Below, one piece after another: positions 38,700 to 53,021 of a stretch of DNA of 64,000 bases (the stretch's first letter is position 1; the number at the start of each line of letters is the position of its first letter). The stretch is from assembly GCA_904063045.1 (NCBI GenBank), contig CAJFCJ010000026.1, positions 784,964-848,963 of the forward strand, given 5' to 3'. This DNA is from Dimorphilus gyrociliatus. Its lineage: Eukaryota; Animalia; Annelida. The notes under the pieces were generated by a model. The model saw only the letters and a program-made list of their open reading frames with translations, had not been told where the DNA came from and did no database searches. A program made the translations under genes and the position numbers.

Positions 38700-40000
38700 C
38701 GCCCTCAGCAGGAGCATCAACGCTCCTCTCTCGTGATATGATTTCCTAAATCATACTACAGTTGATATCATTTTTAGTCAAACGGAAGTAATCTCCGAGA
38801 GCTTGTAGGACTTTACTCGTCACCTTCATCAGTCCCTGTGTAGCGTATCTCTCCTTTCTCCCCATTATTTTCAAAGTATATTTATTTGCTTCTCATTTAT
38901 CTGTCTCAAAGCTCCTGTTCTGACTAGGGTAATGTCTGCTGCCGTATCCAGGACATTTCTCAGCGTTGATTTGGTTGAGAGGTGAATTTTTGCATTCCTT
39001 ATAGATTTTGCGTCCTCCTTTACGATGGATGCAATTTTCTCAACAGTGATTTCGCCCCCATCCTCTCTAATCTTGCACTATCAGAATTTTATTTGACTTG
39101 CCCATACTTTCTATGTAAATACTTTAATGCATTACTATGCCCGTCCTCTGGCTCCTTCTGATATTCATTCAGCTCTTTCTTGAGCTCTTGACTCACTTGC
39201 GCTGTCAATAAGGCCAGCTTGCCCCAATCTCTCACATCAAACTGGTCTACTAGTTGTTTAAGATCCATCATAAAGGCCTTGAAATGAGTGATGTCACCCT
39301 TAAATACGGGTCTGGTAGCTGATAGCCGTTTCTCAAAGGTAGTGCATGGTTGTTTTTGGCATTGTGGCTAAGAGAGTCGTTGACAATACCTTTCTGATGT
39401 CTCGTACAGTCCCATTGGCCTCAGCATCTCTGTGGGGCCCGCTCGTTCCCTCATATGTAGGTCGTCAGCGGCTGATTTTCTTTGACTTATAGCCGTAGGC
39501 AACAATGGTTGAGTCTTGCGCTTCAACTCCTTAGCTTCAGACTTGAGTTTCTTGACATCCCTCTCAATTCTCTCTTGGAGGGTTTCCATCTGCTCCTTTC
39601 GGACAGTTCCTTCTAATTTTGCGTTGACTTGCTCATTCAGCTTTCCGCTCATGGTCTCCATTTTATGTCTTATGGAGGTACCCAATCAAATTTCAAGATT
39701 TTCCATGCCTCTTTCCATATCCTCACGTATCATTCCCCTAAAGCTGTTGTGTCAAATTTTTTTTGGCTGGATGTAGGTCATTCATCACTGATTGATGCCC
39801 TAGAACCATCTTCTCTTGTCCTATAGCGTCTAATTCTTCCTGATTTAGTAGATCTTCATCTTGTGTAAGCTAGTCGTTCATCCTTACTCTCTGATGTCGT
39901 CTTGATTGGTTTTACATGCCTCTTCATGAGATTGACTAGACGTTCTCCCTTCTGCTTTACCTATCGACATCTCTGATTGAGACTCCCCATTATAGACATC
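38700..40000 (-). pseudogene. Decayed BEL/Pao-type gag (related to 16.5-18.3 kb)
   Basis: Coiled-coil ORF 39368-39685 followed by FKGDITHFKAFMMDL..DWGKLALL..NALKYLHRKYG, a DUF1759-like segment resembling ~17580-17760. Confidence 0.6.
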
Positions 40001-41009
40001 CAACATCCTCGCTACCATATTCTTCTAATCTGTGACCATTTTGTCCGCCGTCAACTGATCTATCCCAAGTTTCAACTCAGTCGAGGGCAAGTAGCCGTCT
40101 TGTATATCCGGATATGCTGTGATAGCATAATGTTCTCTACTTTCTTTTTGATTATTATCATTCAAACAGTCCCAAGATGAAGTCTCTGCCAGGGTTGTTC
40201 TTAGAGTAGAAAAAGTGAATAATTTAACAAATAGGACTTGCTTAATTATCTTTTACTGGATAAAACATTCATACAACCGAATTTATAGATAGAACTCATT
40301 AAGAAATTTCTCTTACCATACAGTAATCTTTATTTACGAATTTTCACTAAAACGGAAGAGAACCAGTTACTGTCTTGTTCCCAAAAAAAACTGATAAAAT
40401 TTCATTTTCAATTTAATAGTTTATTGGATATCTTTTACTTTGGATCACAAGGCGACGTTTTTTAGTGATTTATACTGTATCAACTTTTTATATAATCCAT
40501 TGGAATAGAAAAAAATTCATCCAAATTTTTTGCTATTTTTTCATATAAACTTTTAAGATATCTATTATTATTATATTATCTATATTTATCCTCTTTTCTG
40601 TATCTCATTCTGACCGTTTATCTTGGATAAAGATCAAATGTCGTTTCGTCTGAGTAGCTTTGAAGCTCATCAACAGACACTCTTTTTCCTCCGTTTTAAC
40701 TATTTAAAATAATTCTCCAATTCGATCAAATGATAAGAATACTGATCATGTATTTTCTTTCTTCCTTTTATTTATCAACATTCTTTACTCAAGCTTTCTC
40801 GACTGCAAAATCACCTTCGCGGCAATATTACTTCCGTATGAAAGTTGAATTAGTATTCTCGTTCCTCTTTTTTAAACCTATCAACGGATCACAGATAAGG
40901 CATTAGTTCCTATGACCCAGTATGGAATAATCCATGTCCATTGAGTTTTGTTTGTGTTACCACAAGATTACACACTTTGCTCATTAGTTCGTGCATTCTT
41001 CCAGATTCT

Positions 41010-41200
41010 TCCAGCAAATTTATTCCACGCTCATGATCAGAATAAAAGATCCAAGTTTTGTTATCGGTTAAAATGGCTTGGAAATCGTGATTAACGTGCA
41101 TTCATCGCGGTAATTCGGTTTACAGGATCCTCATCAATCGGAAAACTTTCAAAAGTCACAGTAATCTGAGGAGGCAGCACTACAGCAATTGTACTTTTAC
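41010..41200 (-). repeat. Inverted, internally deleted copy of 46880-47331
   Basis: ~41063-41200 matches 46880-47015 and ~41010-41062 matches 47277-47331; about 260 bp between them is missing. Confidence 0.85.
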
Positions 41201-42417
41201 ATAGTACCAATGGTACAAATTAAAAATGATATAACATTTTCATGTAGGTTTCATGTTTTAGTGGTGGGCTCTATTTACAATGAAAATCCTTGATAGATTA
41301 TTAACTTTTTGAGCTGATAATGAATAATCTAACTTTTATATTATATTGCTGCCTTAGATCTCCTTTATCAACATTATTTAACATACATGTTTTCTATAAA
41401 CGTAGATTTTCATGATTTTGGAAAATTTTTCGCTGTTGGCCAATTTTGTGATTTGCAGAAACACAGTGTAGTGTTTGATCATCTTCTCAATCGCTCTTAA
41501 CAATATTTCCAGTTTTTTTCTCTCTTCATTACTATATTATCCCTTTAACCTATTCTAAAATTTGTAACTGGTTGTTTTGATGGCATCTCTAACACTATAA
41601 CATAGCAATCTCAATAACACATATTATACCGAAGTTGCAAGAAGCTTTCATCATCAAATTATCTATTTTATAGAATGGGCAAGGGTATCTTTCATTCCTT
41701 GTGAAATTACGAATGTTTTGCAGTTTAAGAAATATCAAGGAATATGTTGCTTGACCTTTCGTATCTTAAAACTAAGTGATAAGCATGTTATCTTGGACAA
41801 GCAAAACCGCTTTGCCTGGATAGAATTGGATGCAAAACACGTATGCTATATGAAAAAAGACATGTTAAAAGCACAACACTGACATTAATATATAAAATAG
41901 GTTTTAATAAGCTGCGTTAACTTACCAGTCCTTTTATTAAAGGAACATTCCTTTATATATATTAGTCATATCAAAAGTCATTTCATCTCCTCTCTCTTCT
42001 TTAATTCCTATAAAAAGATTCGTCAACAATTTCATTATCTTTCCACTTCTCAAAACAATCGATTGACCTTTTCGAAACTCTTTTCACTTCCTTAACATGC
42101 TCTATTTATAACGTCAAGTGCTACAATAGTTGAACAATCATGTATATCATATGTTAATAGGCTAAATAACATTGTTATTTATACATCATCAATTGCAAAT
42201 CTTTTTAATACTTCAAACTAATACTATATATAAACATTTTCCTAAATCGTAATAAAAGAATACATCAAAATAATTAACCAATTTTATATCGAAATTTTAC
42301 TCAATTTCCATTAAAATTCGTTTATGATTTTTCTTTAGATACTCTATAATTTTTTTCAATATCAATATATATACAAGTATCAACATTTGAGACGCTATTT
42401 CATTCATTTTAACACAT

Positions 42418-45400
42418 CATCACCCTGCAATATTTAAAAATGTATTTATTTTACAAGTTTCATATTTTTAAGTCTCAGTTCTCATGTCTTATGGTTCCTT
42501 GTTAGTTCACACAACCTTATTACACTTTCCACACAATCTATTCTCAATTTGTTTCGAAATTCGTCAATTTTTCTTCGGCAGACGCCATTTTGACCACGTG
42601 TTTCTTAAAAAAATTAATTATGACTAAAATGACGTTTTTCAACAAAATTTCCTCATATTTATATTCAGTAGATAGAATTCTGGTAAAATATGAATTTCAG
42701 CATCAAAGAGACAATTTTTTATTGAATTTGATAAATCAGTTAAATAATCACTTCTTTCGATCTAATAAAGCGTCAAAATGACATTCTTTTTGACATAGAA
42801 TATATTTTGAAGTACATAGATACAAAATGTTGATGAAAAGCAACATGACAATGATTTAAAAAGCGTTAATCGATCATTATTTCCATCAGTAATATTTCAT
42901 ACAAATATTCATTTAAAAGAAGTTGCCATTTTGTTTCCAATTCAGAATATCAAAATGTCAGCTATTAACTTTTATTTGTCAGAATAATTGTGAAAAAGTT
43001 CAAAGTATTTAAAACGCAATTGATAGAAATGAAAAAAACCAAAATATAAATGTTTAAATATCTGTCATGTGACATTTAAAGTTTTCAACATTTTTGCAAT
43101 ATGGCACCACTGTTATTGAATTGTATCGGTTGGATATTTTGATTTATCAGATTTGTGTGTAGATTATGAGAAATTTGATCATGTTTTTATTTGCACTTTC
43201 GATGGAAACCTTTAAGAATATAAGCCTAGAAAAACATGGCGTCAGTTGTTTTTCTCAACAATTTCAACACGAAATTCAATTTGTTATTTACGCTAATCGG
43301 AAGAGCTTTTTATTGAAATGAGATGCACAACTCACAGTAAATACGATTAGAATGTTTAGAAGTAGAAGCTTGCGTTATATCTAGAATAAATGCAATCTAA
43401 CTGTACGATAAAGGGTGAAGCAACCGCAAACACACGTCGCACTCTCAACTTTCTTCGCATTAATTGCTTTTAAATCCTGAAAAATGTGTAAAATAAATGA
43501 AAAGTTTGCATGCAGTTTGATGAAAAGTTTCGAGAGAATTTTACGAAACCTTCCAAGTTGAAAAGTGTATAAATAGGCGAAAGCTGCGAGGTACAAATCA
43601 GTGTAAATCGGGTTAAGTATTGTGGTATTACAAGATCAGACACTACTCCTAAGATTGACGATTTTTTTTGAACGTAAGTATAACGTTAAAATTTTGCATT
43701 GCTGTAGAATTGTAATGGTTTGGTTCTTTTCAGGAGAAACGCCTTGACTTTACACTCCAATCGGAAAAGAAGCTGAATTTGGTCACAGTAGGGTAAAATT
43801 CCTTCTTGAAGATTGTCGTTCATTTCTTATGGACAACTCTGCGTGTGACAAGTGTTCTGGAAAAACGAAATGGAAGAGAAGCATCTCGACTGAACACGAA
43901 ATTCTCTCTGAACGAAACAGCACAACCGAAATCGAATAGAAAATGCTGAAAGAAACTGTATATATTATGTTGAAATTTGTCTTTAACTGATCTCAATAAA
44001 CATTACTTTGAACAAATCATTTTAAGACTTGCGCATTTTTTTCCTCAACTTCGCTTTTTTCATTAAACAAGTTGTTTTTTTTTTCGATGTTCTAACTTTA
44101 TAAGATTTTGGTTATTTTTATCTAAAGTTGCGTTTGATAGACAGAAAGCACTCGTAGTATCTTGGAGGATGTATCAAATTGAACGGTTGGGTGCTATTAA
44201 TGTTGATATTGGAAAACGCTGATACAGCATTAGTTAAAAAATAAGTATCGATTGATTCAAAAAAAAAAGATTTACCTTAAAAAAGAGCATAGATATATAG
44301 TATTTGATTCTTCCCTTAACATTCATGTATCTGAAATCATAGATTGTTTAATAAGAATCGACAAAAAGCATCAATATTATATTGCAAAATTGATGCTTCT
44401 CGGTTAGTTAGTAACGATATTTACCTTCTTATAGATATCGCAAAATCACACAATCCCACACGTTACCACTTTCTTCGAAAATCAGGTCGAGGTATCTGTA
44501 ATTATTCCATACATTAGATTATAGTTTGTAAAAGAGTTAACACAAAATCCACTACTGTATTACTTAGTTAACCGATTCTTGCAAGTGCTTTGAGCATCGT
44601 TTTTTTACTTATTAGATTGATATCACAAAGCAAACAATTTATTATAAATCTTATTATTATTCAAATATTCCAAATTATATTAATCAATAATCTACAATGT
44701 TGCACTTTCTGTCAATTCAAAGCCAATTGTACAATGTCGATATACCGTGTAATCAATGTAACGGTCATTGCAAAAACGATCATGTATGAAAAATAAGTAA
44801 CAGAAATCAATATTTGAAGAAATGTGTACTTACTAAAAATTATAATCTTTGTAAATTGACGAAAATGATCAATTTTAGTCAAATTATTAATAACCAAAAA
44901 CCACTTATTATATTTCTCAAAATTCAAAATAACGCAATTTCTTAATAATTAATATTTCGCAACAAAAATTATAAACTGGTATAAAGTGTATTACTGAAAA
45001 TAGTTCCACCTCTTTTCCGAAATGCGGTGTCTCGAAACTTCTATTTTCTTTTTTCGACTTTTCCTTTTTAAATGATGACTTATGTTCAATCTTTGATAAT
45101 CGTTAGGAAACAATTGTAACTTTATCGTGAAGTAATACATAAACAATATTTGATTTATAAAAAAAGAATCGGAATTTCAATAGTCAATTTAGTCTATATA
45201 AATAAATTGATTGAATAATTCTAAATAACAAACTATTGAATATTAACAACAAGACTTGTCATTTATTAAAATGTCAATATTTATTTTTACATTTGAAATA
45301 AACCGCTAATAATACTATGAATATTTCGTGATATGAAATTAAAACCCGGTAGAATATTAAAATCGAAAGTAATCCTACCTCTTATCAAAAATATGGTGTC

Positions 45401-45783
45401 TTAAAAGTTCAACGTTCGGCGTGCTTTCTTCAACAAAAAGTTTAAAGTAATACGTAACGAAGTCTTCGGTAAATAATTTTCATTAAAACAAAAATTCATA
45501 TTCTTTAAAGACATCATTCTAGGAGGAACGGAATTCTATGAATAATTAAAGTTTTTGCAAGTTGACCCGAAACTAACTGGAGAGCGATATTAAGCGAGAG
45601 ATATAATAACATATGTTGCAGTTGCAAAGAATTACAATGAAATTTAATGTAAGTTTCAATAAAAGAGGACTGATATACTGTACATATTAGTATCTTATGA
45701 TAAAAGTCTTTTATATTGTATATATACAGTTAGAAACAATTGTTTCGATATCTGGCTTTAGCGTTTTCAACTAACTTTTTCCC
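42418..45783 (+). repeat. Segmental duplication copy 2 (blocks A and B, with a different ~375-bp spacer)
   Basis: See blocks A and B. Confidence 0.92.
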
Positions 45784-46069
45784 TCTTAGAACAATGTGCA
45801 ATTTTAATATTAATTATCAAATTGAAAGTCCTAGAAAAGGATGTAATTTTGGGACAATTGTGAATACAACGATACGCAATTGACTCGTATCATGCCTAAT
45901 GGTTCAATAGAATTAATAGTGTCTTTTATCTTTTTTTAGTTCTGTGGACGAGCGCTAATACGTAATTTCATTAATTCACCTTCAGTCGGAAATAGTCTAC
46001 TATGATGGTATTAAGACTATTGAGTTGACATGTTTTATCCGAAATGTGTTAGAGGAAATAATACTGTTT

Positions 46070-47925
46070 CTGTTATCTCTTGATAATTAAAAAGAGGAAC
46101 AATAATATGTAAATTATCTTCATTGAGAATATTGGGAAACCTATAGAAATATTTTTCTCGTAAATAATTGCATGTTCTATTCGGAAAAAGAGTGTCCCGA
46201 AATGCTTCCTGCTTTTTTACAATAGTGACGGAAAAAAATTATAGAATTATATCTAAAATGTATCAATAAAATCAATACTCTATCTGACATTCTTTGATCG
46301 TTAAAAAGCGAAGGATAATACGCAAATTAAATTAATTCAACAGGACGATATTAGGAATAGGAAATCACGAGGTATTATACAATTACAAACAAATGTATTT
46401 CACTTCCTAAAATTAATTTAACCAACAGAGAATGAAAGAAAATACGAGACAGCTGAATATATGTTTTTTAAACAATTAAATCAATACGATAACATGAGGA
46501 AATATATAATTGCGCTAATACTGTCCCATAACAGTATTTTGTTTTTGGGAAATTTTTCCATAGATGAGAATGAAATGGAGCATTTTCTTCAAAAGAACAA
46601 AAGCATTACAGTTGGAAGAATGTGGATTTTAAAAATTGTATTTATGTGAAAACTCCAAAAAGAAACTATGTAGTAGAATCATGATAGAGAAGTGTGTGAT
46701 CTTGTGATATCATAAAACTTAACTGATTTACATTGATAACACCAAATATGTCAATTGAATTAAACCTACTTCTGTCGTTCATCGATAATTTTAAAGTCAA
46801 ATGATGGTACGTATAAAAATTAATAAACTTTCACTCGAAAGTGACCTATTTTGTTGATATTAGGAATAGGAATCACACCGAAAAGTACAATTGCTGTAGT
46901 GCTGCCTCCTCAGATTACTGTGACTTTTGAAAGTTTTCCGATTGATGAGGATCCTGTAAACCGAATTACCGCGATGAATGCACGTTAATCACGATTTCCA
47001 AGCCATTTTAACCGAGAGCGTAAAGGTTATATTTAAGAAATGTTTTACTTGGCAGTATTTAACAACAATTGAATGGACCATATTTTGCTGATATGCTTCT
47101 CCATTGATTATTATCTATTAGGAAACTCGAAAGATTTTCTTTGTTAATTAATGGCAAGAAAATTACAATAATAAGGATGAATTGAACGAAGACGTAAAAA
47201 CTTTTTCTGTTTTATGAAAGAGAATAAGGAGCGCTTTACTGGACTGAAGGTTGTGTTTTTCTCCACAGAATTGTAATAACAAAACTTGGATCTTTTATTC
47301 TGATCATGAGCGTGGAATAAATTTGCTGGAATGCCATCACAATGATTCCCCTCCACATACAAACATTTTGTGACAAAGTTCAACTTGTTTACCGATTGAT
47401 GATAATTAAATTGGCGGCCATTTCAGAAATGAACCAAAGCACTACAATTGCGACAATATGTACTTTCAATATTATATTTATGTGAAACCCGAATCAATAT
47501 AAAAGTGTGTTATGTTATGATGGTTTTGAAGCACAACTAAATCCAGTTGAGATATTATTATTCCAAATATGTCAATGGAATAAAAATTGTATGTCTTCCC
47601 TTGATGGTTAAGAAGATCATACATAAGTTATATCAATTCAACAGGACGATATTAGGAATGGGAAACCACGAGGTAATATACAATTGCAAACAGCTAATGC
47701 TGTGAAACAAGAATATCACATTTTTTTTGAAATTTTTCCATAGATGATAATGAAGTAGATGAGTTTTCTTGAAATGAACAAAAGCATTACAATTGGAAAA
47801 ATATGGATTTTAAATATTGTATTTATGTGAAAATTGCAAAAAGAAACTATGTAGTAGAATCATCATAGAGAAGTGTGTGATCTTGTGATATCACAAAACT
47901 TAACTGATTTACATTAATAACACCA
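46070..47925 (+). pseudogene. Stacked decayed copies of the unidentified protein family, with a BEL protease sliver
   Basis: KYIIALILSHNSILFLGNFSIDENE..KSITVGRMWILKIVFM, GIGITPKSTIAVVLPPQITVTF, KTWIFYSDHERGINLLECHHND; ATGCACGTTAATCACGATTTCC protease-region sliver at 46977. Confidence 0.5.
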
Positions 47926-50522
47926 AATATGTCAATCGAATTAAACCTATTGCTGTAATTCATTGATAGTTATAAAGTCGAATGATGGTACGCATAAAAA
48001 TTAATAAACCTTCCCTCGAAAATGACCTATTTTATTGATATTAGGAATAGGAATCACACCGAAAGGTACAATTACTGTAATTCTGCCACTTCAGATTACT
48101 GTCGGCTTTGGAAAGTTTTCGGATTGATGAGGATGAATTTGAGCAATTTTCTTTAAATGAACAAAGCCATTAAAACTGGAAGAATACACGAATTAACAAG
48201 TAAATTGTGCGTGATGTTATGATGACAGATACAAAAGAATTAATGCTGTATCTGTGATCTAACATGACGAAATCCACTGATGATACAACAAACGAAGATA
48301 TGATTTGACGCAAACCTGTTGCACTTGAACAGTATCTTCCCTTAAATAAGAGTAGCAGACCTAAAAATACGATCTTTCCGAATACCAAAAAGGAAAGGAT
48401 ACCTATCTACGCTAGTTTAAGCCTCTGGTAATTTTGCTAATCACAGAATGTTAGCCCTTGTTGACACTGGTGTTACTCCCTAATAAGTCGTCGATTTTTC
48501 CTGCAAACCGAATCAATGTACAGCGATGAATGCACGTTAACAACGATTTCCAAGCCATCTTAACCGAGAACGTAAAGTTTATCTTTTTTGTATTGTGTAG
48601 AAACTGCGATGTTTACCAATATGGTCGACTTAGCAACACTCGATGAGAAACTGGAGGAACAGAAAAGAATAATGGAAGAATCGAACATACAGAATAGGGT
48701 TGCGATGGAAGCAATGAACATGCAGAATAGAGCTGCGATGGAAGCAAGAATGGACCAACTCGTCCAACTAGTCAACTCTATCAAGTCTAATTCACCTAAT
48801 TTTCCGTCGAATTCTGGAGATGCCCCAGAAATGGAACCTTTTCCAACGGCCGAAGAACAAAATGGCGGAAGTTCGCAGGTTCGAAATATTTTGAATCTAA
48901 TTCAGGAAACCGAAAGTTCGAAACGATACGACCCTAGGATTGAAAGCTTAAAGCATAAAAAGGTTACGACAATTTGCTAAGAGATTACCTCAGGAAACGC
49001 AATTTCTAGTCACCCAATGTATAAATAAACATTGCTTCAATCGTGGTCAAGTTGGGACAATATATCAAAAAGGTCTCCAATGGAATCGATGATGGGATAT
49101 ACATTCCCGAGAATACAAAGTCAAGAATTGTAGCGTCGAACATGACGAAGGATGACGATACATCTATGAGGCGGACTTCCCTTTCTTTTTCTCCTAACCT
49201 TAAGCCCTTGAAAAACAAAGATAGGACCACACCTCCCAAAGATGATGGTAGATGCATGTGTCCTGAAAATCATATATGCTTGGCTTATTGCCCAATCTAC
49301 ATTAATTTGGACATTAAAGGTAGACAACGTATGGTCCAACTGCTCCATCGATGTCAAAACTGCTTACGAAGTGGACATATAAGCGAAAATTGTTCATCTA
49401 GATTTAGCTGCAAAAAATGCAACCAAATTCATCATACGACTTTATACCACAAAGAAGCTACGATCCCAAAAACGACGTCTACCATCAACTATAATCAATT
49501 AAAAGAAGAACAAGAAAGAATGACCGTATACGAAACAACAGTTCAAATTCCAGCTTCTGGTAAATCAACCAACCACAAAATTACCGCGCTCCTTGACACA
49601 GGAGCAGCAGTTTCTCTGATCAGCAGACAATACTTAGAAAGCATCTCCTACATACCTATAGCTGAAAATTACTGCCGAATTGATATATCTTATGTCAACA
49701 ATGATTTCCAGACAATAACGTCAGAAAAGGTCAAGGTCATATTCCCTAAATTGGGGAGCAAATACGATGTTGATGCCTACGTAGTAGATACACTGTCCAC
49801 CATACCTGAACAACCAGCAATAAGGATCAATTCGACATACACAGAACGATCACTTCCAAGTGGCCGAATCGATTTGTTAATAGGCCACAATTCAAAGTGA
49901 GATAGACCTCATGCACATCTCGGTCCTATAAGCCTATATAAAACCAAAAACTTTACATTTGTGCAATATGCACTAGGATGGTTTAGAACAACTTCCCCCT
50001 ATGTAGAGACTTCCTATTCAGGATACAGTGTGAACATGGTCCAGACTAAGACTCAACCAAACATCCATTATATTGATCCCATAATCGAGTTACCTGATGT
50101 GGACGATTTGGACGCAGACCCACCATGTTCTATTAACGATACCCGAGCAAGTGATATAATGGCAAATTACCATCAACCATCAAAAAACTACTGGACTTTC
50201 CCTCTTCCTTTTAAATACGATTCGGACGTACTATCTGATAATTACTTCGACGCTAGAAAATAGATTTAACGCTATTCGCCGGAAACCTATCTACAACGAT
50301 GAGTACAAGAAAGGAATTCAATCCCTATTCAACAATGATTACGCCCGACGGGTATCACATAAGGAAGTTAAATTTTATCTTCCCCATCACGGCGTATCAA
50401 ATCCAAAAAAGGAAACTATACGAATTGTCTTTGATGGCGCAGCGAAACACAAAGGTTATTCCCTGAATGATGCTCTCCTTACAGGACCTTCATTACTGGC
50501 AAATCAAGCGCATATTCTAACT

Positions 50523-53021
50523 TTGTGGCGGACACAACCCTATTTTATACTCGCGGACATAAAACAAATGTTCATGAATATAAGAGTGGACGCGAAACAT
50601 CAACCATATTTCGGTTTCCTTTATGAAGATCCAGAAAACGAGGACAAAATATTAGCTGCCGTAATGACTCGTCACATATTCGGTGCGGCTAGTTCTCCAT
50701 TTGCTGCGTGTACGGCACTAAATGCTACTATACGACAAGCGACTTCTCTCAATGATAAAGAAAAGGGAGTTATCTTGAAATCCTTCTATATGGATGATTT
50801 GATCCTAGTGGGCGATGACGAGAAGACACTGGAGAATTTAGCATTTCGCCTGCACAAAGAATTGGCAGCTAAAGGTCTACCCCTAACGAAATATAACACA
50901 AACAATGAATGGATCAGCATTCATTCAACCTTGAACATTAAACTAATTCAAGAGCCTATCAAAGTCTTAGGGTTGACATATATTCCATCTCGAGACGAGA
51001 TCGAAGTTGTTATACCAAATAGAGATTCTGAACAACCCATAACTAAACGAGCCTTTTACTCTTTCATCGCGAAGATCTACGACATCATGGGTTTCATCGA
51101 ACCAATGAAACTTCAGGCCAAAATCCTGATTTCACATTTTCACGGCCTTAACTGGGACGATACATGCAAAGAACAAGATATTATCGCTAAGGTCCTCCAG
51201 AACATATCAGGCTCATATTCAGTATCAAGATATATACCACCTCCAGAAAATATCCACATTTATGCGGATGCCTCTGACATTGCTTATGGTGCGGCTGTAT
51301 ACGGAATCCATCAAGAAAAGGGCTACCTCTTAGCTTCATCCTCCCGTCTTTTTTCCTCGCCGAGATCCTCAATCCCGCGAGCAGAATTGACGGCAGCTAT
51401 AAGAGCCGCCAACTTTATCAAACCATATTACACTATTTTTCCGGACATACCAATCAACATTTTCATTGATAGTAAAGTCGTTATCAGTTACCTAGAAAAC
51501 GACGATTTAAAGCTGACTAAACATATACGTCATGCTGTAAAATCCATCCTAAACACTAAAACAATAGCAAGCTGGTTTCTAACTAGCTCCGATGACAATC
51601 CAGCAGATTTCCTAACGAAATCAAGAAAGAGGATGAAAGAAAAGTGGGTCGATTTCAAAGAAATAAAAGTCAATTGTAATGTATCAAAGGCCTCAATCAA
51701 TATGTGTGCCATGGAATCCACATTCGAAATATTGGGAGATTGGCGAAAAATGAGACAAACCTTGGCTTGGATACTAAGGTTTAAATCGAACATTCAATCC
51801 CGTCCATGCAACAGAATAAATGATCACGAGTTGAATACAAGGGAGCTCGAAACAGCCGAATTACAATTATACAAACTCGTACAAAACACAATGCCAATTC
51901 ACAAACTGATAGATTCATATTCTCTAGTGGAGGACAAAAATGGAATATACGTAACAATGGGAAGATTGGAGGAGACAGAGGAAATAAAGAAGATCATAAT
52001 CGATGCTCGTCACCCTATCATCCTCAAATTAATATATTTCATTCATCATCAAAACAAACATGCTTCTTTAAGGGCCATTTGGGCAAACCTGGCCAAGAAA
52101 TTGCACCTCCTGTATGCAACAACAGGAATCTCTAGCGTTTTAAAGAGATACAAGTTATGTGTTGCTAGAAACCACAAAAAACTAATTTTACAGATGGCAA
52201 GTCTACCAGATTCCCAAACAGGAGAGTTCATCAGTCCGTTTCAATACATTGCCATGGATTTTACTGGACCTATATGCAAAACAACTGAAAAGAATAAAGT
52301 TTACCTACTCGTCATCTCGTGCATGAGATCCAGAGCAGTTCAAATTATGCCCACTACTTCCCTTGCTACGGAGGTATTAATGACCGAGTTTCAAATATTT
52401 ATGAACAGTTGGCTCATCCAGTGGAAATTCAATTCCCCTTATTCTTCCCATAAAATGGGAGTGGTTGAAAGAATCATAGGATTGATCAAATCCATGATCT
52501 TCACTACCAAATTAACGAAAAACAACTATCTGGACTGGAACAAGATACGTCTCACAATTTCATCAATTGAGAACTTAGTAAATAACCGCCTTATATCATT
52601 CGGAGTCACCGAATTAGGGGAACCGATGACAGTATCGCCAGTGGACTTTTTAAAGTTAAACAAACTACCCCTCAAGAATGGAGAATACGACCCGATTATC
52701 ATCACTCGTGAACGTGAACTCTTGAACAACAAATGTTGTACTGAGTTATTTAACAGCATTCACAGAAGAACGAAATGGCACAGAGATCGATACAAACTGG
52801 AGCTTTTTCCCGGAGACTCTGTTCTATACGTGGATCAGAGATCAACATACAAATACAAATTGGGAGAAATAATTAGAAAATCGACAGACCGTACATACGA
52901 AATCTATACAGGCCACAGTAATATAGAAAGAGACGTGAGAGATATCATTCCATATCTACTAAACGAACCTCTTTCCCCCGTTCTTCCCCCGGCCAGTGTA
53001 GTCGACGGGTACATCGCCTAA
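50523..53021 (+). CDS. BEL/Pao pol C-terminal ORF (RT-RNaseH-integrase), 832 aa
   Basis: Continuous frame with YMDD, ADAS and DFTGP motifs; the integrase segment that should carry the second catalytic Asp (SDNG-like) appears deleted near 52400. Confidence 0.88.
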   Translation: MWRTQPYFILADIKQMFMNIRVDAKHQPYFGFLYEDPENEDKILAAVMTRHIFGAASSPFAACTALNATIRQATSLNDKEKGVILKSFYMDDLILVGDDEKTLENLAFRLHKELAAKGLPLTKYNTNNEWISIHSTLNIKLIQEPIKVLGLTYIPSRDEIEVVIPNRDSEQPITKRAFYSFIAKIYDIMGFIEPMKLQAKILISHFHGLNWDDTCKEQDIIAKVLQNISGSYSVSRYIPPPENIHIYADASDIAYGAAVYGIHQEKGYLLASSSRLFSSPRSSIPRAELTAAIRAANFIKPYYTIFPDIPINIFIDSKVVISYLENDDLKLTKHIRHAVKSILNTKTIASWFLTSSDDNPADFLTKSRKRMKEKWVDFKEIKVNCNVSKASINMCAMESTFEILGDWRKMRQTLAWILRFKSNIQSRPCNRINDHELNTRELETAELQLYKLVQNTMPIHKLIDSYSLVEDKNGIYVTMGRLEETEEIKKIIIDARHPIILKLIYFIHHQNKHASLRAIWANLAKKLHLLYATTGISSVLKRYKLCVARNHKKLILQMASLPDSQTGEFISPFQYIAMDFTGPICKTTEKNKVYLLVISCMRSRAVQIMPTTSLATEVLMTEFQIFMNSWLIQWKFNSPYSSHKMGVVERIIGLIKSMIFTTKLTKNNYLDWNKIRLTISSIENLVNNRLISFGVTELGEPMTVSPVDFLKLNKLPLKNGEYDPIIITRERELLNNKCCTELFNSIHRRTKWHRDRYKLELFPGDSVLYVDQRSTYKYKLGEIIRKSTDRTYEIYTGHSNIERDVRDIIPYLLNEPLSPVLPPASVVDGYIA

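Noticed and set aside
49006-49090. Minus-strand YCPNLTTIE resembling a Tc1 SPDLNPIE motif inside the BEL gag
   Set aside because: The plus strand aligns with gag remnants at 32.87/48.2 kb, so the resemblance may be chance.
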